Positions 35,649 to 45,183 of a stretch of 64,000 nucleotides of DNA are shown here, in pieces. The first letter of the stretch is position 1. Each line of letters opens with the position of its first letter. The notes below the pieces were generated by a model. It worked only from the letters and a program-made list of their open reading frames with translations, was not told where the DNA came from and did no database searches. The DNA is from Brachyspira murdochii (lineage in GTDB: Bacteria > Spirochaetota > JAAYUW01), in the NCBI GenBank assembly GCA_020722965.1, contig DYJT01000011.1, forward strand, positions 4,554 to 68,553, read 5' to 3'. A program made the position numbers and the translations under genes.

Positions 35649-35677
35649 TTGACTAAATTTATTATAAAGATTATTTT
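35649..35677 (+). promoter_or_regulatory. Candidate sigma70-type promoter for the TrxR-like/PDO pair
   Basis: TTGACT at 35649-35654, a 17-nt spacer, then TATTTT at 35672-35677. It lies 50 nt upstream of the preferred ATG. This is a weak call in an AT-rich context. Confidence 0.3.
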
Positions 35678-35726
35678 TACTATATCCATATATTATTATC
35701 TTAATAAAATATTCTTGGAGTTTATT

Positions 35727-36722
35727 ATGGATTTTAATTTAAATTTTTCATCTTATAAAAATGATAAAAAAACAGCTCAAATAAAGGAAGATATACTATA
35801 CGATGTGATAATCTTAGGTGGTGGTCCATCGGCGCTAACTTCTGCCATTTATTCAATGAGAAAGGGGATGAAAACCGCATTAATTTCAAAAGATATCGGG
35901 GGGCAAGTTGTTGAAACATCGACTATCGAAAATTATCTTGGATATACATCTGTTGAGGGCATTTCTCTTGTCCAGAAATTCAGAGAGCATGTTGAACAAT
36001 TTGAATTAGATATATTATTGGATTATTATGTTACAAAGATAAACGACGGGAAAATAAAAGAGATATTTTGTTCCAATGAAAAAGTTTACAAGTCTAAATC
36101 GATTATTATTTCGACAGGTAAAAGATGGAGAAAACTGGGCGTCGAAGGAGAAGATGAATTTTTAGGTAAAGGGGTTGCTTACTGTGCTATCTGCGATGCG
36201 CCGCTTTTCAAAAACAAAGAGGTTGCTGTTGTTGGAGGTGGAAATTCTGCGATCGAAGCTGTGATAGATTTGGCAAAAATCGCAAAGAATGTTACTATAA
36301 TTCAGAATTTAAAAAACTTGACAGCAGATAAAATACTTTTAGATAAGCTCGAAAAATTTCAAAATATAAGAATTATCACTGGACATGTTGTTAAAAGTAT
36401 AAAGGGTAGTGAATTTGTTGAAGAAGTAGAAATAGTTAATCTTGATGATAACACTATCCAAACCATTAAAGCTGATGGTATCTTTATAGAAATCGGATTG
36501 ATACCAAATTCTGAATTTGTAAAAGATATTGTTTCATTAAATCAATATTCAGAAATAATTGTAGATTGTTTTTGTAAAACATCTGCAAAAGGTATTTTTG
36601 CAGCGGGAGATGTTACTTCCGTACCATATAAACAGATAATTATCGCTTCTGGAGAAGGTGCTAAAGCTGCTTTATCCGCATATGATTATGTTTTAACCGA
36701 ATTCGATCAATATGATAAATAA
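35727..36722 (+). CDS. Thioredoxin-reductase-like flavoprotein (AhpF C-terminal-half type)
   Basis: FAD fold [17 protein letters not shown], redox-active CAIC, NAD(P)H fold [13 protein letters not shown], and GIFAAGDV. The start is set to ATG 35727, with GGAG 6 nt upstream. Confidence 0.8.
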   Translation: MDFNLNFSSYKNDKKTAQIKEDILYDVIILGGGPSALTSAIYSMRKGMKTALISKDIGGQVVETSTIENYLGYTSVEGISLVQKFREHVEQFELDILLDYYVTKINDGKIKEIFCSNEKVYKSKSIIISTGKRWRKLGVEGEDEFLGKGVAYCAICDAPLFKNKEVAVVGGGNSAIEAVIDLAKIAKNVTIIQNLKNLTADKILLDKLEKFQNIRIITGHVVKSIKGSEFVEEVEIVNLDDNTIQTIKADGIFIEIGLIPNSEFVKDIVSLNQYSEIIVDCFCKTSAKGIFAAGDVTSVPYKQIIIASGEGAKAALSAYDYVLTEFDQYDK

Positions 36723-36802
36723 ATTTATATGATATATAAAAATTATAAAATAGATGATTAATTAATTTTAATTAAATTTAAAAATAATTCAGGAGGTTTC
36801 AC

Positions 36803-37444
36803 ATGGCATTATTTGATCAAGAAATTAAAGACCAACTAAAAAGCATCTTATCGTCTTTGAACAACACTATTAAGATTCTTTTTTTTACTCAAGAGATAGA
36901 ATGCCCATCTTGTAGTATGACTCACGAATTTTTGTCTGAGATAGTAGAATTAAGCGATAAGATGCACCTTTCTACTTATGAATTTAAAAAAGATAAGGAA
37001 ATCGCTGACAAATTTAAGATAGACAAAATACCGGCGATAATAGTTACAGATGAAAAAGAGACCATTCAGGGTGTTAGGTTTTTTGGAATGCCTGCAGGGT
37101 ATGAGATAAATTCGTTTTTATCCGCATGTCTTGAGGTTTCGGGGCATAAAGAAAATATTGATTCAAAGATTCTAGAAGAAATAAAAAAGATAGACAAAGA
37201 AATTCATATTCAAGTATTTATAACTTTATCCTGCCCTTACTGTCCATCGGCTGTTGCTACAGCTCATAAACTTGCAATTGAGAATAAAAATATTATTTCA
37301 GATATGGTAGAAAGCTCGACTTTCACCCCTATGGCCATTAAATACAATGTGTCCTCTGTGCCAAAAATAGTGATAAATGAAAAAAATGAATTTATTGGAG
37401 CACAACCGATAGAAAAATTTTTAGAGGTAATCAAAAATATTTAA
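36803..37444 (+). CDS. Glutaredoxin-like protein disulfide oxidoreductase with two thioredoxin folds
   Basis: 213 aa with two CxxC sites (CPSC and CPYC) in tandem thioredoxin-like halves, as in the AhpF N-terminal domain and archaeal/Thermotoga PDO. AGGAGG lies upstream. Confidence 0.75.
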   Translation: MALFDQEIKDQLKSILSSLNNTIKILFFTQEIECPSCSMTHEFLSEIVELSDKMHLSTYEFKKDKEIADKFKIDKIPAIIVTDEKETIQGVRFFGMPAGYEINSFLSACLEVSGHKENIDSKILEEIKKIDKEIHIQVFITLSCPYCPSAVATAHKLAIENKNIISDMVESSTFTPMAIKYNVSSVPKIVINEKNEFIGAQPIEKFLEVIKNI

Positions 37445-40230
37445 CTCATATTTTCTAAATTAATTTCAAATAAATCTATCTTCTTTTTAGCTATCATAGA
37501 TTGAATAGCGGCTCTTATATGATCATCCATTGTAAAATAAAATATCTGCCATCCTTCAAATGAAAGATCGGTTATGAAATCTATGAGATTTTCTCTTCTG
37601 AAATAATCAGAATGCTGGAAAGCATCATCAAGTATTAAAAAAGCAGTCTTATCCTGTAAAAGATATTTCAAAATACCGATTCTTAAAGCTATCAATACCT
37701 GCTCTTTTGCACCGGTGCTTAAATCTTTTATTTGAAATTTATTATAGTCATCTAGTATTACTATTTCACTACTTTCGTTATTACTATATTTTTTGCGTTT
37801 ACCATCTTCAAAATTTTGAAATTCAAGTTTTTTATATTTATTTGTAGTTTTTACCAGGATATTTTTGAATTTGTCTGAACTTAAAATATTTTCAATCTCA
37901 GTATCTTCTTCATTCTTAAAATCTTTTATTATATCTTTTAGCAGATCACTTGCCAGTATTATTGATTCAGCCTTTATCTTTTTGGCTTTTTGCTGATCTT
38001 TTGTCTGATAAAGTTTTTCGATTAAATCTTCAATATCATTACCTGGACCAGAGTTTGTAAGAGATATTAATTTATTTTTTAATTCTTGCTCATCTGTTTC
38101 TTTTTGCTTTATCTTTTCATTAATCTCCATTATCTTGTTTTCTAATTCATCCAATCTTTCTTGTGAAAATTCTACACCTGGATCATTTTCTTCGTAATCT
38201 TTTTCTGCAACAGAAAGACCTTTTAATATACCTTCAGCCTCGCTTTTTTCGTTTTCAATTTTCTTTTCTAGTTTTATTAATTCTCCATAAATTTCCCCAA
38301 AATTCTCGATATTATCAATTTCTCTATTGATAAATTCGGAAAAATGATTTGAAATTATATTTTTTATTCGATTTAAGATTTCTTTTAATTCGTCTTCTTT
38401 GATTTTTACATTAGTTTTATGATCTTTTAACTCCTCTAGTTTTGATTCAAGTTTTGTCATTTTATCCTTTACTTTTTCAAATTCTTCTTCATTGTATTTA
38501 TTAGCATAACTATTACAATCTATTATATTGTCAGTTGAAATAAAAGGCTCTATATTTAACCTGTCAAATTTCTTTTGAAAATCATCTTTTTCATTTTGAA
38601 TTTTAGCTCTTTTAGCTTTAATTTCACTATAAACTTCATTCCATTTTACTTCTTCAAGATTTTCATAGGATAAACTTTTAAAAATATCATTTATTCTTTT
38701 TCTATTATTAACATCATCAGTAGAAAATATTTCATATTGTTCTTTTATAAAATTATATTTTGTCTCTTTACTCTCTGTTTTTCTTATTAATTCATCCAAC
38801 TGAGTTAAACTTTCAAGATTTATATTAAAATATTCTTTGAATTTTTGTTTTATCTTTTCTAATTCTTTTTCTATATTTTGGTTTTTAGCTTTGCCTAAAA
38901 ATTTTAAAATAGAAAAAAGAAAAAATATGAAATTAATTAAAGATGAAGCAAAAAATATTATTTTAAAAAGATTTTTAGTCAAAAAACCTGCTAAAAAACT
39001 AGAAAAAATCATTAATATTGAAAAGATTATCAAACTTTTTGAAGAAGAAAAAAAACCTTTTTCATTCTTTGAAGAAATTAAATATTTTGAGTAATTTTCT
39101 TTTGCGGATCTTAAAAAATCAATATTTTTAATATCTTCTTCTAATTCGTTTTTTTGCCTTTCTAGTTTTTCTAATTTTGATTTTCCCACAGAAGTTTTAT
39201 CTAATAAATTATACAACTCATTTAATTTATCTTCTGAATAATCTAGTAGTTCTTTGTTAAGATCTTGAATTTTTTTATCAATCAATGCGGCTTTACATTT
39301 TTTAGCATATAATAAATCATCATATGTATCTTTTAAAGATTCAATTTCTTTTTCAGATTCTTTTAAAATTTCAATCTGTTGATTCAAATTATTTAAATCT
39401 TTGTTTTTATCATCATAATCCTTAATTAAACTTTCTAATTTATTAATATTATCTTTATCTAATTTGCTCAATTTTTGTTCTAATTCCTTTAAATTTTTAG
39501 ACAGCTTATATGCTTGATACCTTTTGGCTTTTATTATGCGCTCTTTTTCAGTTTTAAGTTCTTCTTGCATCTGTTTAAGCTCTATCTCTGAAATTTTTTC
39601 ATAATTTTTAATAATCTCTTCCTCTGTAGCCTCTATCTTTTTAAATTTTCCAAGTATTTCCTCATAGTTATTTATTTTCCCTTTTTTATCATATTTTAAG
39701 TTATTTAAATCTTCTTTATCTATTTTTTTCTCATTATTAGAAATTGTTTCTAATATTTTTTCATTTAAAATCTGATCAAATATTTTATCTGGGAAAAAAA
39801 TCTTCTTAATAAATTCTTTATCAATCCCGGCTTCCACATTTTGTACTAAGGATGCTTCCCCTTCCTTTATTATAAATAGTTTAGCTATATCCAATGGAAA
39901 ATTCATACCCTTTTCACTCAAGTATACATCCAGTTTTATTTCTTTATCATTTTCAGAATTAAATGTAATTTCTGATTTTCCATTATCTGTAAATTTATCT
40001 AACCCATTTATTACAACATTTCCTTCTCCCAATCTTCTTAGATGACCCCAATCACTTTCATTGGTATTTTTAAAAATTGTTTTAATAATAAATTCTACAA
40101 TTAATGATTTACCTCTTTCATTTTTCCCATAAATAAGGTTAAAGTTTTTAAATTCTTTATTTAATGTACTTATTGGACCTAAATTCTTTACACTAATCCT
40201 CGAAATTCTCATATCTATATCCTTTACCAA
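37441..40230 (-). CDS. Rad50/SbcC-like coiled-coil ATPase (YhaN/SbcE-like) with a central membrane hairpin
   Basis: N-terminal ISVKNLGPIS...GKNERGKS (Walker A). C-terminal signature DLSTGAKEQ and Walker B FLILDDAF. Long heptad-rich arms. Two hydrophobic spans lie near aa 390-450 (SLIIFSILMIFSSFLAGFL and IIFFASSLINFIFFLFSILKFLG). The ATG at 40212 is an alternative start. Confidence 0.6.
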   Translation of the reverse strand: MVKDIDMRISRISVKNLGPISTLNKEFKNFNLIYGKNERGKSLIVEFIIKTIFKNTNESDWGHLRRLGEGNVVINGLDKFTDNGKSEITFNSENDKEIKLDVYLSEKGMNFPLDIAKLFIIKEGEASLVQNVEAGIDKEFIKKIFFPDKIFDQILNEKILETISNNEKKIDKEDLNNLKYDKKGKINNYEEILGKFKKIEATEEEIIKNYEKISEIELKQMQEELKTEKERIIKAKRYQAYKLSKNLKELEQKLSKLDKDNINKLESLIKDYDDKNKDLNNLNQQIEILKESEKEIESLKDTYDDLLYAKKCKAALIDKKIQDLNKELLDYSEDKLNELYNLLDKTSVGKSKLEKLERQKNELEEDIKNIDFLRSAKENYSKYLISSKNEKGFFSSSKSLIIFSILMIFSSFLAGFLTKNLFKIIFFASSLINFIFFLFSILKFLGKAKNQNIEKELEKIKQKFKEYFNINLESLTQLDELIRKTESKETKYNFIKEQYEIFSTDDVNNRKRINDIFKSLSYENLEEVKWNEVYSEIKAKRAKIQNEKDDFQKKFDRLNIEPFISTDNIIDCNSYANKYNEEEFEKVKDKMTKLESKLEELKDHKTNVKIKEDELKEILNRIKNIISNHFSEFINREIDNIENFGEIYGELIKLEKKIENEKSEAEGILKGLSVAEKDYEENDPGVEFSQERLDELENKIMEINEKIKQKETDEQELKNKLISLTNSGPGNDIEDLIEKLYQTKDQQKAKKIKAESIILASDLLKDIIKDFKNEEDTEIENILSSDKFKNILVKTTNKYKKLEFQNFEDGKRKKYSNNESSEIVILDDYNKFQIKDLSTGAKEQVLIALRIGILKYLLQDKTAFLILDDAFQHSDYFRRENLIDFITDLSFEGWQIFYFTMDDHIRAAIQSMIAKKKIDLFEINLENMS

Positions 40231-41326
40231 ATAATATATCTAATGCTTTTACCAAAATATCTTCCTTTGAACACTCGACTTTTTCACCATTTATTTTTTG
40301 ATTATCTATATCTAATTGCTCAACTTTTTCTTTTAAATTTTTTAAAATTGTAAAAAGAATTTCATTTCTTGAAGGATTTGAATTCATCTCTTTACTATCA
40401 ATGTTTTTATTATCATCCTCATTAAAAAATTTAATAGATTTTTGATCCACATATCTTTTAATTTCGGCTATAAGCCGTTTTTTATCTGTCGTAAAACCAT
40501 TTAATCTTAACCTCAATCTTACCTTCTTCAGTTGATCATTACTTAAGTTCCAACTCGAAATTTTTTCGTCTAACTGTTTTTTTAAAAGTTCTATCTCATT
40601 TTCTACTGGATAAATGGTTAATTGTTCATCATAAAATAGATACTCGGAATCTACCTCGATCATATTTATTTTGTCATATGATGTATCGTATACTATACAA
40701 TTTCTTTTCCCAGTCTCGGTTATATCTATTCCACAAGGTGAGCCGGGATAATAAACTATTCCATAATTATATGCTTTATGAATATGCCCAAGAATCACAT
40801 ATTTAGGTTTAAATTTATTTATAGATGAGGTGGAAATTGGCATATATAAACCTGATTCATAGTAATTTATCGAAATATTATTAGTCAAGTAATCCCCATG
40901 TGAAATTATAATACTATTTTCAAATGATTCTGAAGACTCATATTCTGCGAGTATTTCATCCATAGTCTTACCTATTTTAAATGGAATGAAAAAAATCTTT
41001 TGGTTATCTATTAACTTTGATTTTGGTTTTTCTATTACTTCAATATTACTGGATTTAAAAGATACCTGACTAATTTTTGGGTCATGATTGCCTGGTATAA
41101 TTATTATATTAATTTTTTTGTTTGAACAAAGATCATCAAACTCTGAATAATTATAATAATCTTTGTTGAATGTATCACCCGCAAATATAAAATACTCAAT
41201 TTTATTTTCAGGATTGTTTGAATTCTCCTTCTCAATATATGAAAAGATTTTATTTAAAGTATTAAATCTTTCAGGATTTTCTCCTTTTTCTTTCAAATGT
41301 AAATCTGCAGTAATTAAAATTCTCAT
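40193..41326 (-). CDS. SbcD/Mre11-like metallophosphoesterase (YhaO/SbcF-like)
   Basis: 377 aa with calcineurin-fold motifs ADLH, AGDTF, GNHD, SHGD and GHIH. It overlaps the downstream ATPase gene. Confidence 0.7.
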   Translation of the reverse strand: MRILITADLHLKEKGENPERFNTLNKIFSYIEKENSNNPENKIEYFIFAGDTFNKDYYNYSEFDDLCSNKKINIIIIPGNHDPKISQVSFKSSNIEVIEKPKSKLIDNQKIFFIPFKIGKTMDEILAEYESSESFENSIIISHGDYLTNNISINYYESGLYMPISTSSINKFKPKYVILGHIHKAYNYGIVYYPGSPCGIDITETGKRNCIVYDTSYDKINMIEVDSEYLFYDEQLTIYPVENEIELLKKQLDEKISSWNLSNDQLKKVRLRLRLNGFTTDKKRLIAEIKRYVDQKSIKFFNEDDNKNIDSKEMNSNPSRNEILFTILKNLKEKVEQLDIDNQKINGEKVECSKEDILVKALDILFGKGYRYENFED

Positions 41327-41486
41327 AAGATTACCTTAATTTTATTATAAAAAATTCAAAGTTTTTACTACTTTTTATATCATTACATTTTATTATTAAT
41401 GATAATATATTATAAATTATCTTCAAATATTTTTTACTTTACACTTTCTTAAAATATTTAATAAATATCTTAAAAAGGATAACAGA

Positions 41487-42890
41487 ATGAAAAAATCTTT
41501 TTTCTGTATAATCCTTGTTCTTCTGATTTTTTCTTTTATTTCAGGTTCATATCAGGATACAATCCCTTCATATTTTAATAAGATTGAAGGTGCTTTTATT
41601 GGAAATTTAAGTGTTGGATCTACCGATTTACGGATTGTCTTAATTATTTCCAAAGATCTCTTTCAAGAGAACCAACTAAACGCAATATTAATTTCTTTGG
41701 ATCAAAGTTCATCTTTAATCCCTTCAACTTCATTTAGCCATGATAAGGATAAATTAACTTTTTCTTTTTCAAATATAAAAGCAAGAATAGATATAATATC
41801 TTTTAAAGATGAAAAGATCAAATCATATTTTATTCAAAATAAAAATAAATTCGAAATAGAAATGGTAAGAATTCCAAGACCTCAGGAGCCAAGACATCCT
41901 TTTAATTATGAACATAGAGAAATCCAGATAAATAATAAAGAAATAGTATTAAATGGGACACTAACTATTCCTCAAAATAAAGAGTTTCAAAAAAATGGTT
42001 TGTTCCCTGCAGTAATCTTAATTACAGGATCTGGAGCTCAAAATAGAGATGAAGAATTATTTGGACATAAACCATTTTTAGTATTATCCGATTTTTTGAC
42101 AAATCTTGGTATTGTAGTTTTAAGAGTCGATGACAGAGGAGTAGGAAAAGATATAAATTTATTCTCAAACGCCGATTCTTTTGATTTTTTAACAGATTGC
42201 ATCGCACAATTAAATTTTTTGAAAACACTTGATTTTGTTGACAAAAATAGGATTGGAATAATAGGGCATTCTGAAGGCGGTCTAATATCTTTTCTTGCTG
42301 CATCGAAATTTTCCAGTGATTTTTCATTTATTATCTCATTAGCAGGTCCATCTCAAAGAGGCGATAAACTTTTACTTACTCAACAAGAATTAATAGCTAA
42401 AGCTTTATCCATGAAAGAAAGTGATATTAAGAAGATGCTTCAAATTAATTCGTCTTTTTTTGAACTTATAATTAAATATAAAGATGATCCTTCTACAGAA
42501 GAACTCGAAAAAGAAATTAAAGAATTAGCAAAGAAATTTAAATTAACTAAAAATGAAACCCAGCAAGTAATAGCACAATTAACTTCAAAATGGATGCGAA
42601 CTTATATTCTGCTTGACCCTGCTGAATATTTAAAAGATATAAAATGCCCGGTTCTTGCTTTATTCGGTGAAAAGGATTTACAGGTTAGTGCCAATATAAA
42701 TTCAGAAATAATGAAATCAGTTTTTGATTCAATGGGAAAGACAAACTATGAAATTTTAATTTTAAAGTCTCATAACCACCTTTTTCAAAATGCAAAAACT
42801 GGCAATATATATGAATATTGCTTGATAAACGAGACTATATCGAACTTAACACTTGAAAAGATTAAAGAATTTTTATTTAAAAACTTATAA
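41487..42890 (+). CDS. Secreted alpha/beta-hydrolase
   Basis: 467 aa with a signal peptide. It has the nucleophile elbow GHSEGG and a late HNH..Q region consistent with a Ser-Asp-His triad. The N-terminal roughly 140-aa beta domain is unassigned. Confidence 0.6.
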   Translation: MKKSFFCIILVLLIFSFISGSYQDTIPSYFNKIEGAFIGNLSVGSTDLRIVLIISKDLFQENQLNAILISLDQSSSLIPSTSFSHDKDKLTFSFSNIKARIDIISFKDEKIKSYFIQNKNKFEIEMVRIPRPQEPRHPFNYEHREIQINNKEIVLNGTLTIPQNKEFQKNGLFPAVILITGSGAQNRDEELFGHKPFLVLSDFLTNLGIVVLRVDDRGVGKDINLFSNADSFDFLTDCIAQLNFLKTLDFVDKNRIGIIGHSEGGLISFLAASKFSSDFSFIISLAGPSQRGDKLLLTQQELIAKALSMKESDIKKMLQINSSFFELIIKYKDDPSTEELEKEIKELAKKFKLTKNETQQVIAQLTSKWMRTYILLDPAEYLKDIKCPVLALFGEKDLQVSANINSEIMKSVFDSMGKTNYEILILKSHNHLFQNAKTGNIYEYCLINETISNLTLEKIKEFLFKNL

Positions 42891-42977
42891 TTGAAATTAT
42901 AATTTTAAATCATATACTCTTTTTTGTATTAAATTTAGCTATTTCATTTTATTTTATACTACAATATTGGAGGAAAA

Positions 42978-43514
42978 ATGATTAAAGGTTATTCAATGTT
43001 TAACGCGATTTTTTGGGGCTTAGTTCTTGTTGTCGCTGGAATACTAATGATACTTAATTATGTTTTTAAACTTAATATCCCCGTTTTCAAGATTCTAGTA
43101 GGTTTAGTCTTGATTTATATCGGTTTATACATAATCTTTGGATTTAAATATTGGAAAGTTGGTTCCTATAATGATGGGAAAACAGCGGTTTTTGCAGAAA
43201 TGTCGGTTAAACCTGAAAAAATTGATAATGAATATAATGTCATTTTTTCTAAAGGTGAAATTGATTTAACAGCCATTACAAATAGTGATCTTGGTAAAAA
43301 CATTGGTATTTCCGCTGTTTTCGGTAGCCTCGTCGTTAAATTACCTGCCGATGTTCCAGTAAAGGTTGAAAGTTCTGCTGTTTTTGGTACTATTACACTT
43401 CCAGATAAACAAAATATGTTTTTCGGTGAGTCAGATTATAAAACATCAGATTCAGATCAATTTATTTTTATTGAAGCGAGTGCTGTATTTGGTACCATTG
43501 TTTTTGTTAAATAA
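42978..43514 (+). CDS. Membrane protein with a LiaF-like C-terminal domain (tentative)
   Basis: 178 aa with two N-terminal TM spans. Three SAVFG[ST] beta-repeat segments follow (SAVFGSLVV, SAVFGTITL, SAVFGTIVF). GGAGG lies 5 nt upstream. A TAATG overlap joins it to era. Confidence 0.4.
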   Translation: MIKGYSMFNAIFWGLVLVVAGILMILNYVFKLNIPVFKILVGLVLIYIGLYIIFGFKYWKVGSYNDGKTAVFAEMSVKPEKIDNEYNVIFSKGEIDLTAITNSDLGKNIGISAVFGSLVVKLPADVPVKVESSAVFGTITLPDKQNMFFGESDYKTSDSDQFIFIEASAVFGTIVFVK

Positions 43515-44425
43515 TGGATAAAAAACCTAAAAGTGGTTTTATACTTGTATGTGGTATTCCTAATGCTGGTAAATCAACTTTTTTAAATAGTATTATAGAG
43601 GATAAGATAGCGGGAGTTACCGACAAGCCGCAGACTACAAGGAAAAGAATAACAGGTGTATTGACAGATAAAAAAATAAATCTACAGCTCGTGTTTATAG
43701 ATACACCTGGTTTTCATACAAGTAATAAAATTATAAATCAATTGATGAACGAGCAGATCTTTGAATCGATTAAAGAGATAGACTTGATTCTATTTATAAC
43801 CGATATCTCTTCTTCTTTTAATGATGATGAAAGAAATCTAATAGCAAAATTAGAAGAGATAAGCATAAAATTTAATAAACCTATTATTTCCCTTTTAAAT
43901 AAGATAGACAAAGGGAAAATTGAGGAAAAATCAAGATATTTTGAAAAAGGGAACTTATTTAAAACAGCTATAGAAATCTCTGCGATTAATCTTGATAGAA
44001 ATCTTATTATTGAAAAAATTCTTCCATATATACCAGAAAATCCTTTTTATTATCCTGATGACATTATCTCGACAATGTATGACAAAGATCAGGTAATAGA
44101 AATAGTTCAGGAAAAGATATTTTTTATGCTTTTTGAGGAAATCCCTTATTCAACATATGTTGAAGTCATCCAGTTTAAAGAGTCAAAAGATTCTATTGAA
44201 GTTGAAGCAAATATTTGTTGTGAAAAAGAATCCCAAAAACCTATTATTATTGGTAAGAATGCGCAAATTATAAAAAAAATAAGGATGATGTCAGAAAAAG
44301 ATTTAAAATTTATTTTTAACAAAAAGGTAAAGTTAAATCTTTATGTAAAAGTAGTCAAAAACTGGACAAAAAAAGCTTATATTTTAAAAGATTTAGGCTT
44401 CAATATTTCAAAAATAAAGACTTAA
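43514..44425 (+). CDS. era: GTPase Era
   Basis: 303 aa with G1 GIPNAGKST, G3 DTPG and G4 NKID. The C-terminal KH domain contains IIIGKNAQIIKKI. Confidence 0.9.
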   Translation: MDKKPKSGFILVCGIPNAGKSTFLNSIIEDKIAGVTDKPQTTRKRITGVLTDKKINLQLVFIDTPGFHTSNKIINQLMNEQIFESIKEIDLILFITDISSSFNDDERNLIAKLEEISIKFNKPIISLLNKIDKGKIEEKSRYFEKGNLFKTAIEISAINLDRNLIIEKILPYIPENPFYYPDDIISTMYDKDQVIEIVQEKIFFMLFEEIPYSTYVEVIQFKESKDSIEVEANICCEKESQKPIIIGKNAQIIKKIRMMSEKDLKFIFNKKVKLNLYVKVVKNWTKKAYILKDLGFNISKIKT

Positions 44426-44439
44426 GTTTTGCTCCTTTA

Positions 44440-45183
44440 CTAATTTCTTACAAGAAGCATTATAAAATTTATTAATCCAATTAACGAATATGCAATAAGT
44501 TTATTAATATCTAATTTCTTGTAATGAAATACTACTCTATCTTCTGAAAAACCTTTTGATAATAGAGATATTGCGACAAGTTCTGAGTATCTTATTCCAA
44601 AAACCAATATTGGTAAAAAACCTTTATAAAAAGGTCTTATTTCTCTATTTTTCATAAGGAAATTAATTCTTTTAATCTCATCAGATATTGTTGATATTGA
44701 ATTCAATGCGATTGAAAAAGCATAACCATACTTAAAGCTTAGTATTCTTTTTACCATTAAATATTTGAACAAAACTGGAATATCGATCATAAAAGTCGAT
44801 GTAAATGAAAGGATTGAAAGAAAAAATATTCTTAAGCTTGCTGCTACAGCATAAATTAAATGATTATAAAAAAGATTGAAGCTTGTACCTTTATTCATTA
44901 TGTTAAAAGATATCTCAATTAATTTCCCTGTTTTGATATCGCTTTCAGAAAAAAAAGAAAACATTATAAAATAGGAAAAAGCAGGAATTATTGAAAACAA
45001 AGATGATTTAATAAAATCTTTAAACCTCAATCCATTATAAAAGAAGAATAAAATAGGGATAGAACAGTAAATAAGATTAAAATAAATTTTAGGTGGAAGA
45101 AAAATCGGTATTACACTTGTAAAATATAATATCAGGATATATACCGGATGAATATCTAGCTTTATTTTTTCATCAAAATTCAT
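44440..45183 (-). CDS. ykoC: ECF transporter transmembrane (T) component, YkoC-like
   Basis: 247 aa, polytopic, CbiQ/EcfT size. It is the last gene of a TPP-riboswitch-controlled S-AA'-T operon, and its start overlaps the ATPase stop by 4 nt. Confidence 0.65.
   Translation of the reverse strand: MNFDEKIKLDIHPVYILILYFTSVIPIFLPPKIYFNLIYCSIPILFFFYNGLRFKDFIKSSLFSIIPAFSYFIMFSFFSESDIKTGKLIEISFNIMNKGTSFNLFYNHLIYAVAASLRIFFLSILSFTSTFMIDIPVLFKYLMVKRILSFKYGYAFSIALNSISTISDEIKRINFLMKNREIRPFYKGFLPILVFGIRYSELVAISLLSKGFSEDRVVFHYKKLDINKLIAYSLIGLINFIMLLVRN

Noticed and set aside
35649-35726. A 26-aa N-terminal extension of the TrxR-like ORF starting at TTG 35649
   Set aside because: That TTG has no RBS and is itself a good -35 hexamer (TTGACT). 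The ATG at 35727 has GGAG at the right spacing and yields a normal TrxR N terminus.
37441-41326. The SbcCD-like pair considered as a named phage-defence system (Lamassu, Wadjet, Gabija or PARIS type)
   Set aside because: The partner is a plain Mre11/SbcD metallophosphoesterase. There is no kleisin, JetD, TOPRIM, Cap4 or Sir2-type effector. The neighbours are housekeeping genes rather than a defence island. I kept it as a finding only for the membrane-hairpin feature.
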